Below are positions 23,171 to 34,583 of a stretch of DNA of 64,000 bases, piece by piece (positions within the stretch are counted from its first letter, which is position 1; every line of letters begins with the position of its first letter). The notes below the pieces were generated by a model that was not told where the DNA came from, ran no database searches, and saw only the letters and a list, made by a program, of their open reading frames with translations. The stretch is from contig CP091737.1 in assembly GCA_022010055.1 (NCBI GenBank), positions 472,076 through 536,075 of the forward strand, read 5' to 3'. The stretch comes from Treponema sp. Lineage in GTDB: Bacteria > Spirochaetota > Spirochaetia > Treponematales > Treponemataceae. A program made the position numbers and the translations under genes.

Positions 23171-26100
23171 CTATTCGGACCAGACTTCCTTTACAAAGTC
23201 CAAATCTTTTATTTTGGTAAGAACTTCAGGGCTTGCGGAACAGGTCAGAGAACTGTTCGCCTTTACAATATATTTGCCATTTAAAGTATCTATATGAAAA
23301 TATACTGAACAATTGCCGGAAGAGCCAAATAAAAAATCTTTCATTTTTGCAATATCGCGTTCTGAATTAAAATTGTTTTCCATGGAAATATGCACTTCCT
23401 GGATTGAATGTTGTTTCAGACTGTTTATGTCTTCAAGGCTTTCTACAATGAAGCTCGGAGTTTCGCGCGTGCCATCTACTCTTCCTTTGAAAGCGTAGAT
23501 GTTTCCATCCTGAATCTGGGATTTTAGTGTTTCCCAAATTTTCGGAAAAAAAGTCATGTCGATTTCGCCGTCGTAATCCTGAAGCTTTGCGAATGCCATA
23601 TTCGTAGCCTTTTTTGTTACAATCGGATGAAGGTTGCTCAGAAAACCAAGAATCGTGTAGGTTTTTCCTGCGTTACGGCTTTGCCATGAGTCTTTTCCGC
23701 TAAGGCTTTCTTTAAGAGCCTTGTCTTCTTCGGCGGCGCGGTTTATATTCTTTGAAGTAAGGGTAACGCAGGTTTTGATTACCTTTTCAAAATCGCCCAG
23801 CGGATGACCGGAAACATAAGTTCCGATGATTTCTCTTTCAATGTTAAGCTTTTCAAAAGTCGGAAGGTCAGGAACTTCTTCAAACTGAAAATCTGCATAG
23901 ACTTTCTCATCTGTGTCTCCGAACAGATCGCCCTGGCCGTTGTCAGTTCCGTTCATTTGTCCTGAACATAGGTTATCGCTCTTTCCATGTTTGCCATGAG
24001 CGTAGGGCGGTTTTGTCCGAGCTTGTCAAATGCGCCGGTTTTTATGCAGACTTCAACCGCTTTTGAGTTTATAAGCGTCTTTTTCTGTTCGCGGCCGGTT
24101 TCTTCGTCCTTTGTTATGGACTGAAGAGGAAGACATCGTTCAAGAAAGTCAATGAATGAGCTGTAAGGCCCGTTTTCTTCCCGTTCCTTTACAATTGCGT
24201 CGGCGGCTTCCTTTCCCATTCCTTTCATTCCGCGCAGCGCGAAGATTATGTGGTCGCCTACTGCATCAAATTCTGAGTAGGACGCGTTTATGTCAGGCGG
24301 ATCGATTTTCAGCCCCATACGCTTCGCTTCCTCAATGTAGACAGAAACTCCGTCTGTTGTGGAAATCTCGTTTGTAAGGTTTGCTGCCATAAAGGCTGCC
24401 GGATAATGACATTTAAGTAGCCGGTGCGATAGGCAAGGACCGTGTATGCCGCCGCATGGGATTTGTTAAATCCGTATCCCGCAAAAGGAATCATGATTTC
24501 AAAAATCTCGGAGGCATGTTTTTCCGTGAATCCTTGTTTTATTGCGCCTTCAATGAATTCCTTTTTCTTTCCCATAAGGACTTCAGGCTTCTTTTTTCCC
24601 ATGGCGCGCCGGAGCATATCTGCGCCTCCGAGCGAAAATCCTGCGATTTTCTGGGAAACCTGCATAACCTGCTCCTGATAGACCATAACTCCATAAGTTT
24701 CTTTTAGAAGGCCTTCAAGGCATGGATCCGGATAGTGTATTGTTTCCGGCTTCCATTTTCCATCGATGTACTGAGGAATATAATCCATTGGCCCAGGGCG
24801 GTAAAGCGCGTTTAAGGCTACAAGCTCTTCTATGCAGCGCGGCGCAACCTGGCGCAGAATTTCTGCATTCCCGGCGATTCAAACTGAAAAACCGCGACGG
24901 AATCACCTTTGTCAAAAAGGTCGAAAGTCTCGCTGTCGGTTTCGCTCACATTTGCGGTAAGGAACGCAGGCTCTTCCGGTTTTTTGTGCCGGTTTATAAT
25001 ATCTTCTGCATACCTGATAAGAGAAAGCGTCTTTAATCCAAGGTAGTCAAATTTTACAAGTCCGCACGGCTCGATAATATCCATTGTGTACTGAACGCCG
25101 ACTTCTCCTGTCTTTGCATCCTTGAATACAGGCGCCCAGTCCGGAAGGGCTGTAAGTCCGATTACCATTCCGGACGCATGAAGACCTGTGTTCCGGTTCA
25201 TGCCTTCCAGTTTCTTGCAGAGCGCAATCCAGCGTTCAAAGACGTTTCTGTCAAGCCCGATTGTCGCCTCTGGATTTTCGCGCACGGCGATAAGCTTTCC
25301 GCCGTCAGGAAATTTTTCAGTCGGCGGTTCAAAGGCATTCTTAAGCTTCGCTTTTGGAGAGTCAGGAATGCAGGCCTTTACTTTTGCCACGATGGAAAGC
25401 GGAATGTTCAGGATTCGTCCTACATCAGCAAGACAGTTTTTTGGCTTTAATGTACCGAACGTAACAATGTGGCCGACTTGCGGGTCTCCGTAAAGGTCTC
25501 TTGTATGCTGGATTATGTCCTGCCTGTAGTCGAAATCCATGTCTACGTCAAATCAGGCATGGAAACGCGTTCAGGATTCAAAAATCGTTCAAAAATCAAG
25601 TTAAAGCGGAACGGGTCAATGTCCGTTATCCCCATTGAATAGGCGACCAGCGAGCCTGCTCCGGAACCGCGTCCAGGACCTATCGGAATATACGGTTTAG
25701 GTCTGTTGTTTACATTGTCCCAGGTGGACTTTGCCCAGTTGATGAATTCCCATACAATCAGAAAGTAGCCCGAAAATCCCATCTTAAAGATAATTCCGAG
25801 CTCGTATTCGGCGCGGTCCCGTATTTTTGGAGTGATTTCCGGGTAACGCTCGCGCAGACCTTTTTCAACAATGGAGCGGACAAAGTCGTCCTGATTTTTT
25901 GTGTAGTCTTCGTGCGTCTGAAATTCCTTTGGAAGCTCAAAGCGCGGCAGACAACCTTTTAGTTCCGGCGTTGAATACTGATGAATCGTAAGATTGCACA
26001 TATTCGCAATCTTCACGGTATTTTCGTACGCTTCCGGAATATCCGGAAAAAGAAGCTTCATTTCATCTTCCGACTTAAAGTACCATTCTGAAATCCTGTT

Positions 26101-26883
26101 TGCGCCGCCCATGCTTTTTGCCGCGCTTTCAGGGTCGTCCAGCAGCGATTTTCGACCTATGCAGTTCAAGGCAAGCTGGGCCTCGGAATCTTCCTTGTTT
26201 ATGTAGTGAATATCGTTTGTGACAACAAGAGGGATATCGAGTTTCCGCGCGATTTTTATCATTCCTTCCGCGGCGATTTTTTCCTCCGGCAGCCCGTGGT
26301 CCTGAATTTCAATGTAATAATGGTCAGGTCCAAAAAGCTCCTTGTAGCGTCGCGCGACATTTTCCGCATCTTCCATGTTGCCGTTTATAACAGCCTGTGG
26401 AAGCTCTCCGGCAACGCAGGCAGAAAGACATATAATGCCTTCGTGATACTGCTTTAACATTTCAAAGTCGATGCGCGGTTTTCCGTAGTAAAGCGAATCC
26501 TCGTCGCAAAACGCCCGGGAATTCAGCCAGCACATATTCTTGTAGCCGGTATCGTTTTCGCAGAGCAGGATAAGGTGATAATTGTGTTTTCCGTAACGCG
26601 TGTTTTGTTTTTTCTGATGATCTTCCGTGCAGTAAAATTCGCATCCGACAATCGGGTTTATTCCGTTCGCATGGCAGATATGCTCAAAATTCAATACTCC
26701 GAACATATTTCCGTGGTCTGTAAGCGCAAGGGCCGGCATATTAAGCTGTTTTGCGCGGGCAATCAAAGAGTCAAGCTTTGCGCAGCCGTCCAAAAGCGAA
26801 TAGTCCGAGTGAACGTGAAGGTGAACAAAATTAGAAACCGGAGTTCCTTCCGGCGCCGGGTCAAAAATATGAATATCTGCCAA
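23171..26883 (-). CDS. dnaE: DNA polymerase III alpha subunit (several frameshifts)
   Basis: [16 protein letters not shown] domain, [36 protein letters not shown] and C-terminal OB fold. Confidence 0.96.
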
Positions 26884-26960
26884 TTAAGTGCTCCTGTTTT
26901 ATAAAATTATAGGAGAAAATGCTATCATTTTATGATAGTAAAAAAATATAAATGATAAAA

Positions 26961-27095
26961 AAGGGGAGGTCTCCCCTTGAGCCCGCAGCCACAACCATAC
27001 GCACCTGCTTTGGCCGTGGTTGCGGTCTATCCCCTCTGCAGTCTCAATCGCCGCCCTGCGGGCTTTAGGCCGATAGTGAAACGTACAACGCCCGC
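26961..27095. repeat. Palindromic element family B copy
   Basis: ggggaggtctcccc...cccctctgc...cgccgccctgcgggct...agtgaaacgtacaacgcccgc matches the reverse complement of 58249-58357. Confidence 0.8.
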
Positions 27096-27598
27096 TATTT
27101 TATGAACAAAGCCTGGATTGCGCCAAAAGCGCCAAGACTTATTGCAAGCATGATAATTCCTGCAAGAAGAACGCCGCAAATTACAGCGATAATTGTTTCC
27201 TTAAAATTCATGTCCAGAAGGCTTGCCGCCAGAGTTCCTGTCCATGCGCCGGTTCCCGGAAGAGGAATTCCAACAAAAATAAACAACGCTACAAAAAGAC
27301 CCCGTCCGGCTTTTTCCTGAAGTTTTTCTCCGCCGCGCTTACCTTTTGTTAAAAAAAAAGTGCACGCGCCGCCAATGAATTTCTTGTCCTGTCCCCATTC
27401 CAAAAATTTCCGTGCAAAAAGATAAATGACCGGAACAGGAACCATGTTTCCCAGAATGCAAATCGCATAGGCAAGGACAATTTTAGAAACATCATCCGAA
27501 GGCATAAGCCCCATCGCGGTTGCCATAGGAATCGCTCCTCGCAGCTCAATCAGCGGAACCATCGAAATAAAAAAAATCGCAAGATACTTTGTAAACAT
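27095..27598 (-). CDS. COG2426-type small membrane protein
   Basis: PLIELRGAIP and FVGIPLPGTGAWTG motifs. Confidence 0.88.
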   Translation of the reverse strand: MFTKYLAIFFISMVPLIELRGAIPMATAMGLMPSDDVSKIVLAYAICILGNMVPVPVIYLFARKFLEWGQDKKFIGGACTFFLTKGKRGGEKLQEKAGRGLFVALFIFVGIPLPGTGAWTGTLAASLLDMNFKETIIAVICGVLLAGIIMLAISLGAFGAIQALFIK

Positions 27599-27742
27599 AA
27601 AAATATAATAACTGTAAAAAAACCGATTTTTGGAAAATAAGGGAACAATTAAATGGGTTCAAAATAAATAAAAAAATGTAATTGCTTCTTGCTTTAATAG
27701 AAAAAAGTGTTCCAAATCTTTTATTTGTGGTAAACTTTTTTT

Positions 27743-28201
27743 ATGAAAAAGATTTTGTTTGTTTGCCACGGAAATATTTGCCGTTCGCCAATGGCTGAAT
27801 TTATGTTTAAAAAGATGGTCAGGGATGCTAAGCGCGAAAAGGATTTTTTGATTGAATCTGCGGCGACCAGCGGCGAAGAAATTGGAAACGATATGCACCG
27901 CGGCGCAAAGGAAAAATTGACACAAATGGGCGTTCCTTTTGAAAAACGCAAAGCCCGCCGCATAACACCGGAAGATTATTCTGATTTTGATTTACTGATT
28001 GGCATGGATATGGAAAATATGTATTACATGCAGCGTGAATGGAACAAGGATCCGGACGACAAGGTAAAACTCCTTTTGACGTATGCAGGAAAAGACAAGG
28101 ATATTGCAGAGCCATGGTACACAGGAAACTTTGACGAAACTTTTGATGACTTGAAAACCGGTTTGACAGCATTGCTGAATAAACTGCAGGAAAAAAGATA
28201 A
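27743..28201 (+). CDS. Low molecular weight protein-tyrosine phosphatase
   Basis: FVCHGNICRSPMAE P-loop and DIAEPWYTGNF. Confidence 0.93.
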   Translation: MKKILFVCHGNICRSPMAEFMFKKMVRDAKREKDFLIESAATSGEEIGNDMHRGAKEKLTQMGVPFEKRKARRITPEDYSDFDLLIGMDMENMYYMQREWNKDPDDKVKLLLTYAGKDKDIAEPWYTGNFDETFDDLKTGLTALLNKLQEKR

Positions 28202-28324
28202 ATTTTTATTCGTTGTTTATAAAATCCTGCGCTGAACAGGAATTGGTTGTGGAATAAAATGGATTGCGCTTTGCATGGTGCATTTTCTTGTGTTTCTGGC
28301 GTTTTCTTGCATTTTGCGGTACGC

Positions 28325-28422
28325 AAGAGGGATTGCAGGGGAAAGCCGACAGGCTTTTTGCAAGCGGAGCGCGCAATGGAACCCCGGAAAGCCCGACGGC
28401 AACTTGTTGCCGGCTTGCCCGA
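28325..28422. repeat. Palindromic element family C copy
   Basis: agggattg...cggaaagcccgacggc...gccgg..gcccg shared with the reverse complement of 61117-61203. Confidence 0.65.
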
Positions 28423-28446
28423 ATTATTAAATTATTTTTATTCCCG

Positions 28447-28475
28447 TTGAGAAACCTTTTTTTATTCACTATAAT
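28447..28475 (+). promoter_or_regulatory. Sigma70 promoter of gltX
   Basis: TTGAGA-17 nt-TATAAT. Confidence 0.7.
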
Positions 28476-28493
28476 AGTAAATATTTTGTTTGG

Positions 28494-28690
28494 AAATTAG
28501 TTTTATAGAGGTTTAATTATTATGAATTCAAAAGAAGTTCGTGTTCGATACGCGCTACGTCAGCAAAGCTGACTACCGAGTTTCTGCGTTGCATAAACTC
28601 GCAAGGCGCTGGATATTTTAAATATACAAAATCAGTTTTATAGAGGTTTAATTATTATGAATTCAAATGAAGTTCGTGTTCGATACGCGC
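28494..28690 (+). repeat. Direct duplication of the gltX RBS and first 11 codons, period 135 bp
   Basis: 28494-28555 matches 28629-28690 with about two substitutions; a hairpin-rich spacer lies between. Confidence 0.9.
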
Positions 28691-30232
28691 CGTCTCCGAC
28701 TGGAATGCAGCATATCGGTGGTGTTCGTACTGCGCTTTTTAATTATCTTTATGCGCGCTCAAAGGGCGGAAAATTTATCCTTCGCCTGGAAGACACTGAC
28801 CGCACACGATACGACGAAAAATATGTGAAAAATCTTTACGATACAATGGCCTGGCTTGGAATTGACTGGGATGAAGGCGGTGACAAGGGCGGAGAATATG
28901 GTCCTTATGTTCAGAGCGAGCGTTTTGAGCTTTACAAAAAATATGCGATGGAGCTTGTGGAAAAAGGCGAGGCATACTATTGTTTCTGCGATGCGGAACG
29001 TCTTGACCGGATCCGAAAAATCCAGACTGAAAATAAAATGGCTCCAGGTTACGACCGGAACTGCCGTCATCTTACTCCGGAAGAAGTAAAGGCGAATCTT
29101 GACGCCGGAAAACCTTATGTAATCAGGCTTAAAGTTCCAATGGAAGGAACTACAAAATTCCACGACCACATTCTTGGCGACATTGAATGGAAAAACGAGG
29201 ATATTTCGCCGGATCCGGTTTTGCTTAAGTCTGACGGATTTCCGACTTATCACCTTGCGAATATTGTTGACGACCATTTTATGAAAATCAGCCATGTTAT
29301 GCGCGCCCAGGAATGGATTCCTTCAACTCCGCTGCACGTTCAGATGTACCGCGCTTTTGGCTGGGAGCACCCTGAATTCTGCCACCTTCCAATGGTAAAC
29401 GGTCAGGACGGAAAAAAACTTTCAAAGCGTCATGGTTCTACTTCTGTAAATGAATTCCGTGCCCGCGGATATTTGCCTCAGGCTATTGTAAATTACGTCG
29501 CGATGCTCGGATGCTCTTACGAAGAAGGAAAGGAATTCTATACGCTGGAAGAGCTTGCAAATCATTCAAACTTGAGCATTTGAACAAGGCGCCTGCAGTT
29601 TTTGACTATAAGAAGCTTGAATATTACAACGGAAATTACATACGTATGCTTACTGATGAGGAACTTTACAAGTGGACGCTTCCGTTTATTACTGGAACAG
29701 GTGATGCTGCGCTTGAAATAAATCCTGAAAATCCTCAGCCGGCGCCAAAAGTTGGTCCTGAATATTCGGGAATTGCCTTGGGTGAGGACGGCGAGCCTGT
29801 CTGCGTTGACAAGTCAATGAATATGTCTTCTGCGGACGTGAAGGAAAAACTTCTTGCGCTTATGCCGCTTATTAAAGAACGCCTTAAATATCTTACAGAT
29901 GCCGCGGAAATGGTTCGTTTTCTGTTTACTGAGCCGGCAGTTCCGCCAAAAGAGCAGATTGTTCCAAAGCGCCTTGACGAGGCAAAGACAAAGAAGTTCT
30001 TGAGGCGGCAAAGGATTTTGTAAGTCAGCTTCCGTCTCTTGACCACGAGACAAGCGAAAATCTTGCAAAGGAAATGTCTGAAAAACTTGGTGTAAAGCTC
30101 GGTGATTTTATGATGCCGATCAGAATGGCTGTAACCGGAAGCCGCGTTTCGCCGCCGCTGATTGGCTCGATTCTTATCCTTGGCATTGAAAAGTCAATTG
30201 AAAGAATTGAACGAACGTTGAAGGAATTTTAG
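28657..30232 (+). CDS. gltX: Glutamate--tRNA ligase (two frameshifts)
   Basis: [31 protein letters not shown] and [13 protein letters not shown]. Confidence 0.96.
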
Positions 30233-30286
30233 AAAAATCCGATGTAAAAATCGGAACATAAAATGCGCTGAATATGCGGATAAGGG

Positions 30287-30319
30287 AACACCCCGGCGAA
30301 AAGTTGGGGTGTTTTTTTT
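30287..30319 (+). terminator. Intrinsic terminator after gltX
   Basis: aacaccccggc-gaaaa-gttggggtgtttttttt. Confidence 0.8.
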
Positions 30320-30354
30320 ATTCCATCAGCAGTTTCCGCGTTTTTTTTACCATT

Positions 30355-32006
30355 CTACCTTTCAAAATTCTCAACTTGTTCGGAAATCAGTGGAATAAGC
30401 TGCTTTTTGCGGCTCACAACGTCTTTCAGGTAGTAGGTGTGTTCTTCCATTTTTGGGAATGTTACAAAAGCTTCGAATTTCGGGTCGGCGGCAATAAGCA
30501 GAATCGAAGAAAGCTGTGTTATGTCTGTAACAAGCAGCGCTGAAAAAATTGCTTTGTTTCCGCGGCGTTCAAATTCAAGTTCAGTCATAAAGTCTTCCTT
30601 GCGGTCAAGGATTTCTTTTATGTTGCTTACTTCAATCTGGCTTACGGTGTATGAGCCTTTTTCTTCCTGATATTCCTTCATATCCTGGTGTATTACTTCA
30701 GACGCGGTTCGTCCTTTGATTCCGCTTCCAGCGGTTAGGATTTCTTTTCCAAGCGCATGTATGTCCAGGTCTGTTATATTCGCAAGATATTCTGCAATCT
30801 GCCGGTCGGTTTCTGTTGTTGTTGTCGACTGCAAAATCAAAGTGTCGCTTAGAATTCGCACAAAAGAAGAGATGCGATGTCTTTCGGAATCGGAATTTTT
30901 GACTCCTGGTAAAGGGTTGCAATAATTGTGGAAGTTGAACCAAGCGGTTTGTTTATAAATGTAATTGGATACGTTGTGTTTATCGAGCCGATTCTGTGAT
31001 GGTCAATAACTTCAATAATCCTGTAGTGCTCTATTCCTTCCACAGCCTGAAGAATTTCATTGTGGTCAACCAGCGCGATTTCAATGTTCGGTTCATTGTT
31101 CAGGTCGTGCTCAGAGATAATTCCAATAACTTTATCGTTTTCATCTACAACCGGAAGCCTTCTGATTGGAGAATCCTGCATCGTCATTCTTATTTTAGAA
31201 ATTGTGTCATTTATGTGGACCGCCTTTATTTCCGGGTCTGCCATAAGCTCAACAGGAGTGGAATAGGCAATCATCATAACAGTATCGCTCGTTGTGTAAG
31301 GACTCATAATTACGCTTACACCGTTTTTCTGGGCTTTTTCCTTAAGCTCTTTGCTCAAAATGTAGCCGGATGTAATAATTAGAAGTTTCACTTTCCGGCT
31401 TATGCATTCTTCATAAATTTCTTTACGGTCAGAAGTGATTACAATGACATTTTCGCTTGCGTGCTCATCCAGCATAGCCTCGAACGCCTTGTCGCTTGCG
31501 CCGCCCACAAGAATCGAAGATTTAAATATTTCTTCCTGATTTGAGACAACCAGCGGCTGCGCATTCATCGTTTTTATTATATTCCCAATGCTCGTGGAAA
31601 TATTGACTTTTGCCTCCGGGTTCAGAATTGTAAGAATTTTCTGGGCAAAGGCTGAATAGTGAAGAAGCGCCTTGTACTTTCCGTTTTTATCAACAACCGG
31701 AACTGCGCGAAGCTGTTTCTGCTGAAGCTGCCGTATTGCGTTCCAGACCGGAACATCGCCCTTGACAGTCATCGTTTCATTTTCCATAAAGTATTCAACT
31801 TTCGGAGTCAGGGAAGGCATATATTTAGGTGATTTTACATTAAATTTTTTAAATACATAATCAGTCTGAGGATTAAAATGACCGGCCCGCGCCGCGACAT
31901 AATTGTCAAATCCCATCAGCTGCTTCAGCCGCGCATACGCAGTCGCGGCGACCGCGCAGTCTGTGTCAGGATTTTTATGGCCAAAAATATATACAGTTTT
32001 CTTCAT
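30355..32006 (-). CDS. ppaC: Mn-dependent family II inorganic pyrophosphatase with CBS/DRTGG insert (frameshift near 30855)
   Basis: GHKNPDTD, LVDHNE, IDHH, ILSDT and VVSRKKQLIP. Confidence 0.92.
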
Positions 32007-32073
32007 GATGTTCTATAATATAAAAAAAATGCCTTGGGGTAAACTGGAAAAATTAGTTATCTCCAGGCAGGCT

Positions 32074-33246
32074 TTATTCAGCCTGTCCATATTCTTCCAG
32101 GACTTTCTTCAGGATTTCAAGGCCTTCATCAATTTCCTTGCGGGAAATATTAAGCGGAGGAACAAACCTTAGCACATCGCTTCCTGCTGTTGAAAAAAGC
32201 AGCCCCTTTTCAAGGCATTTTTTTTCTATTTCAGCCGGATTCTTTTCAACCTGAACGCCTATTACAAGTCCGCGGCCCCGGATTTCTTTTACAAAAGGAA
32301 TTTTCCAGCCCGCGATTTTATTTTTTATGTATTCGCCTTTTTCAGAAACACTTTCAAAAAATCCCGGCGCAGTGATTGTGTCAAGAACAACATCCGCCGC
32401 CGCGCATGCCAAAGGGTTTCCTGCGAATGTAGACTGATGGTCGCCGGCCTTAAAGACATTTCCCTTTCCGCGGTAAAGGCAGGCGCCCATCGGAACACCG
32501 CCGGCAATCGCTTTTGCAAACGTTACTACTTCCGGATTTATGCCGAGCAGGGTATTTGCCATAAGAGCGCCGCATCTGCCCATCCCGGTCTGAACTTCGT
32601 CGCACATAACGATTGCTCCAGCCTCGCGCGCCGCTTTTGCCGCCGCTTTTGCCCATTCAGGATTCAGCGGAATAACACCGCCTTCGCATTCTACCGGTTC
32701 CATAAAAAGAGCCGCGGTCGTGTCGTCAAAAGCACCCTTTAGCGCATCGAAATTATTTGCCTCTATTGTTTTAAAACCTTCCGGGTAAGGCGCAAAATCA
32801 TCAATATGAAATTTCTTTTGGCCGGTCGCCGTTAAAGTCGCCAGTGTTCTTCCGTGAAAAGATTTGTCCAGCGTAACAATTGTCTTTCTTTTTGAGCCGC
32901 CGTTAAGCTGTCCGTACTTTCTGGCAAGTTTTATAGCCGCCTCGTTTGCCTCTGCGCCTGAATTTCCAAAATAAACGCCTTCAAATCCTGTCGCCGCAAG
33001 AAGCTTGTCCGCATACTTTATTCCTATGTCGCTTGTAAAATAATTGCATACATGAATTTGCCTTTTTGCCTGTCTGGAAATCGCCTTTACCAGCGGTTTG
33101 TATCCGTGTCCAAGAACGTTCACCGCGATTCCTGCCAAAAAATCAATATATTTTTTTCCATTTGTATCAGTCAGCGTCGCGCTCTTGCCCTTGGCAAAAG
33201 TAACGTCAAAACTTCCGTAATTATTTAAAACTTTAGGATTTCCCAT
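32074..33246 (-). CDS. argD: Acetylornithine aminotransferase
   Basis: NSGAEANEAA, SFHGRT and DEVQTGMGRCG; arg operon context. Confidence 0.9.
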   Translation of the reverse strand: MGNPKVLNNYGSFDVTFAKGKSATLTDTNGKKYIDFLAGIAVNVLGHGYKPLVKAISRQAKRQIHVCNYFTSDIGIKYADKLLAATGFEGVYFGNSGAEANEAAIKLARKYGQLNGGSKRKTIVTLDKSFHGRTLATLTATGQKKFHIDDFAPYPEGFKTIEANNFDALKGAFDDTTAALFMEPVECEGGVIPLNPEWAKAAAKAAREAGAIVMCDEVQTGMGRCGALMANTLLGINPEVVTFAKAIAGGVPMGACLYRGKGNVFKAGDHQSTFAGNPLACAAADVVLDTITAPGFFESVSEKGEYIKNKIAGWKIPFVKEIRGRGLVIGVQVEKNPAEIEKKCLEKGLLFSTAGSDVLRFVPPLNISRKEIDEGLEILKKVLEEYGQAE

Positions 33247-33271
33247 AGCGTCTTCCTTTTTTTTATTTTAA

Positions 33272-33352
33272 AGAGGGAAAAGTCTTTCCCTGCGTCCGCA
33301 TCTTCGTCGCGTCCTACCCATTCTCCTAGGGCTGCCGCCCTAAAACCCGCTT
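33272..33352. repeat. Palindromic element family B copy
   Basis: gggaaaagtctttccctgcgtccgca...gcgtcctaccca. Confidence 0.75.
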
Positions 33353-33354
33353 TT

Positions 33355-33658
33355 CGGAATATTGCAGCGCGACACAAACCTCCTGTTTGTGATTTCTTCT
33401 GAAATTAATATATCATTGTACCGCAAATCAAAAATGCCGTCCTGCCATTTTTGATTTAAGCAATATTCCTGTCGGAATATTGCAGCGCGGCGCAAACCTC
33501 CTGTTTGCAGTTGTTTCTGAACTTAATAAATCATTGTACCGCAAATCAAAAATGCCGTCCTGTCATTTTTGATTTAGGCAATATTCCTGTCGGAATATTG
33601 CAGCGCGGCGCAAACCTCCTGTTTGCAGTTTCTTCTGAACTAGTAAATCATTGTACCG
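33355..33658. repeat. 118-bp tandem repeat, about 2.6 copies, between argB and argD
   Basis: Units start at 33355, 33473 and 33591; three hairpins per unit; each unit includes a copy of the argB 3' end. Confidence 0.93.
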
Positions 33659-34545
33659 ATGCCGCGGTCGCTGAACATTTCTATTAAAAGGGAATGGGGA
33701 ACGCGGCCGTCTATTATGTGTGTTCTTGGAACACCGCCTTTCAGGGCAATCATGCAGCATTCCACTTTTGGAATCATTCCGCCGGCAATAGTGCCGTTTT
33801 CAATAAGCTGCGGAACTGTCGGCATTGGAATCCTTGTAATCAGTGATTTCGGGTCGTTTACGTCTTTCAGAACGCCTGCAACATTTGTAAGCTGGACAAA
33901 TTTTTCCGCTTTCAGGGCGACTGCTATTTTTGCCGCCGCTGTGTCTGCATTTATGTTGTAAAGGCTCTGGTCGCCTGTCTCGCCGATTGCAACTGTGGAA
34001 ATTACAGGAATAAAATCTTTTTCAAGAAGGTCGTTTATAATTTCCGGATGAACTTTTGTAACTTCACCGACAAAACCTAAATCTTTTCCGTCCCTGTCAA
34101 TTTTTTTTGCCCTGAGCAGTCCGGAATCAACGCCTGAAATTCCTACGGCGCGTCCGCCTTCCTGGAGCAAAATTCCTACAATGGCTTTGTTCAGTTTTCC
34201 GGTAAGAACCATTTGAACTATTTCCATCGTTTCTTTGTCTGTGTAGCGAAGTCCGTTTATAAATTTAGATTCTTTTCCAACCCGCTCAAGCATTTTGTTT
34301 ATTTCCGGTCCGCCGCCGTGAACAAGAACTACTTTTACACCGATTGTATTCAAAAGAACAATATCTTTCATTACAGCCTGCTTAAGGTCTTCGTTGAGCA
34401 TCGCGTTTCCGCCGTATTTTACAACAACGGTTTTTCCTACCCACTGCTTAAAATAAGGCATTGCCTGCACCAGAACATCAGACCAGTGCTCGTTGTCTAA
34501 AAGTCTTCCGCGGTTTTTGTCTTTTTCTATCTCTAATTCTGTCAT
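33640..34545 (-). CDS. argB: Acetylglutamate kinase
   Basis: VVKYGGNAM, VHGGGP, NINADTAA and GGMIPKV. Confidence 0.96.
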   Translation of the reverse strand: MTELEIEKDKNRGRLLDNEHWSDVLVQAMPYFKQWVGKTVVVKYGGNAMLNEDLKQAVMKDIVLLNTIGVKVVLVHGGGPEINKMLERVGKESKFINGLRYTDKETMEIVQMVLTGKLNKAIVGILLQEGGRAVGISGVDSGLLRAKKIDRDGKDLGFVGEVTKVHPEIINDLLEKDFIPVISTVAIGETGDQSLYNINADTAAAKIAVALKAEKFVQLTNVAGVLKDVNDPKSLITRIPMPTVPQLIENGTIAGGMIPKVECCMIALKGGVPRTHIIDGRVPHSLLIEMFSDRGIGTMIY

Positions 34546-34583
34546 ATTTTCCTTCTTTATAAAAAATGCGTTTTATGGTTATC

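Noticed and set aside
23171..26883. Split or intein-containing DnaE
   Set aside because: Fragments join into one continuous DnaE through single-base indels; no intein motifs seen.
28206..28500. Short ORFs in the ptp-gltX spacer
   Set aside because: They overlap a palindromic repeat on both strands and show no protein-like motifs.
33355..33658. CRISPR array
   Set aside because: Whole 118-bp units are near-identical, with no unique spacers and no cas genes in the window.
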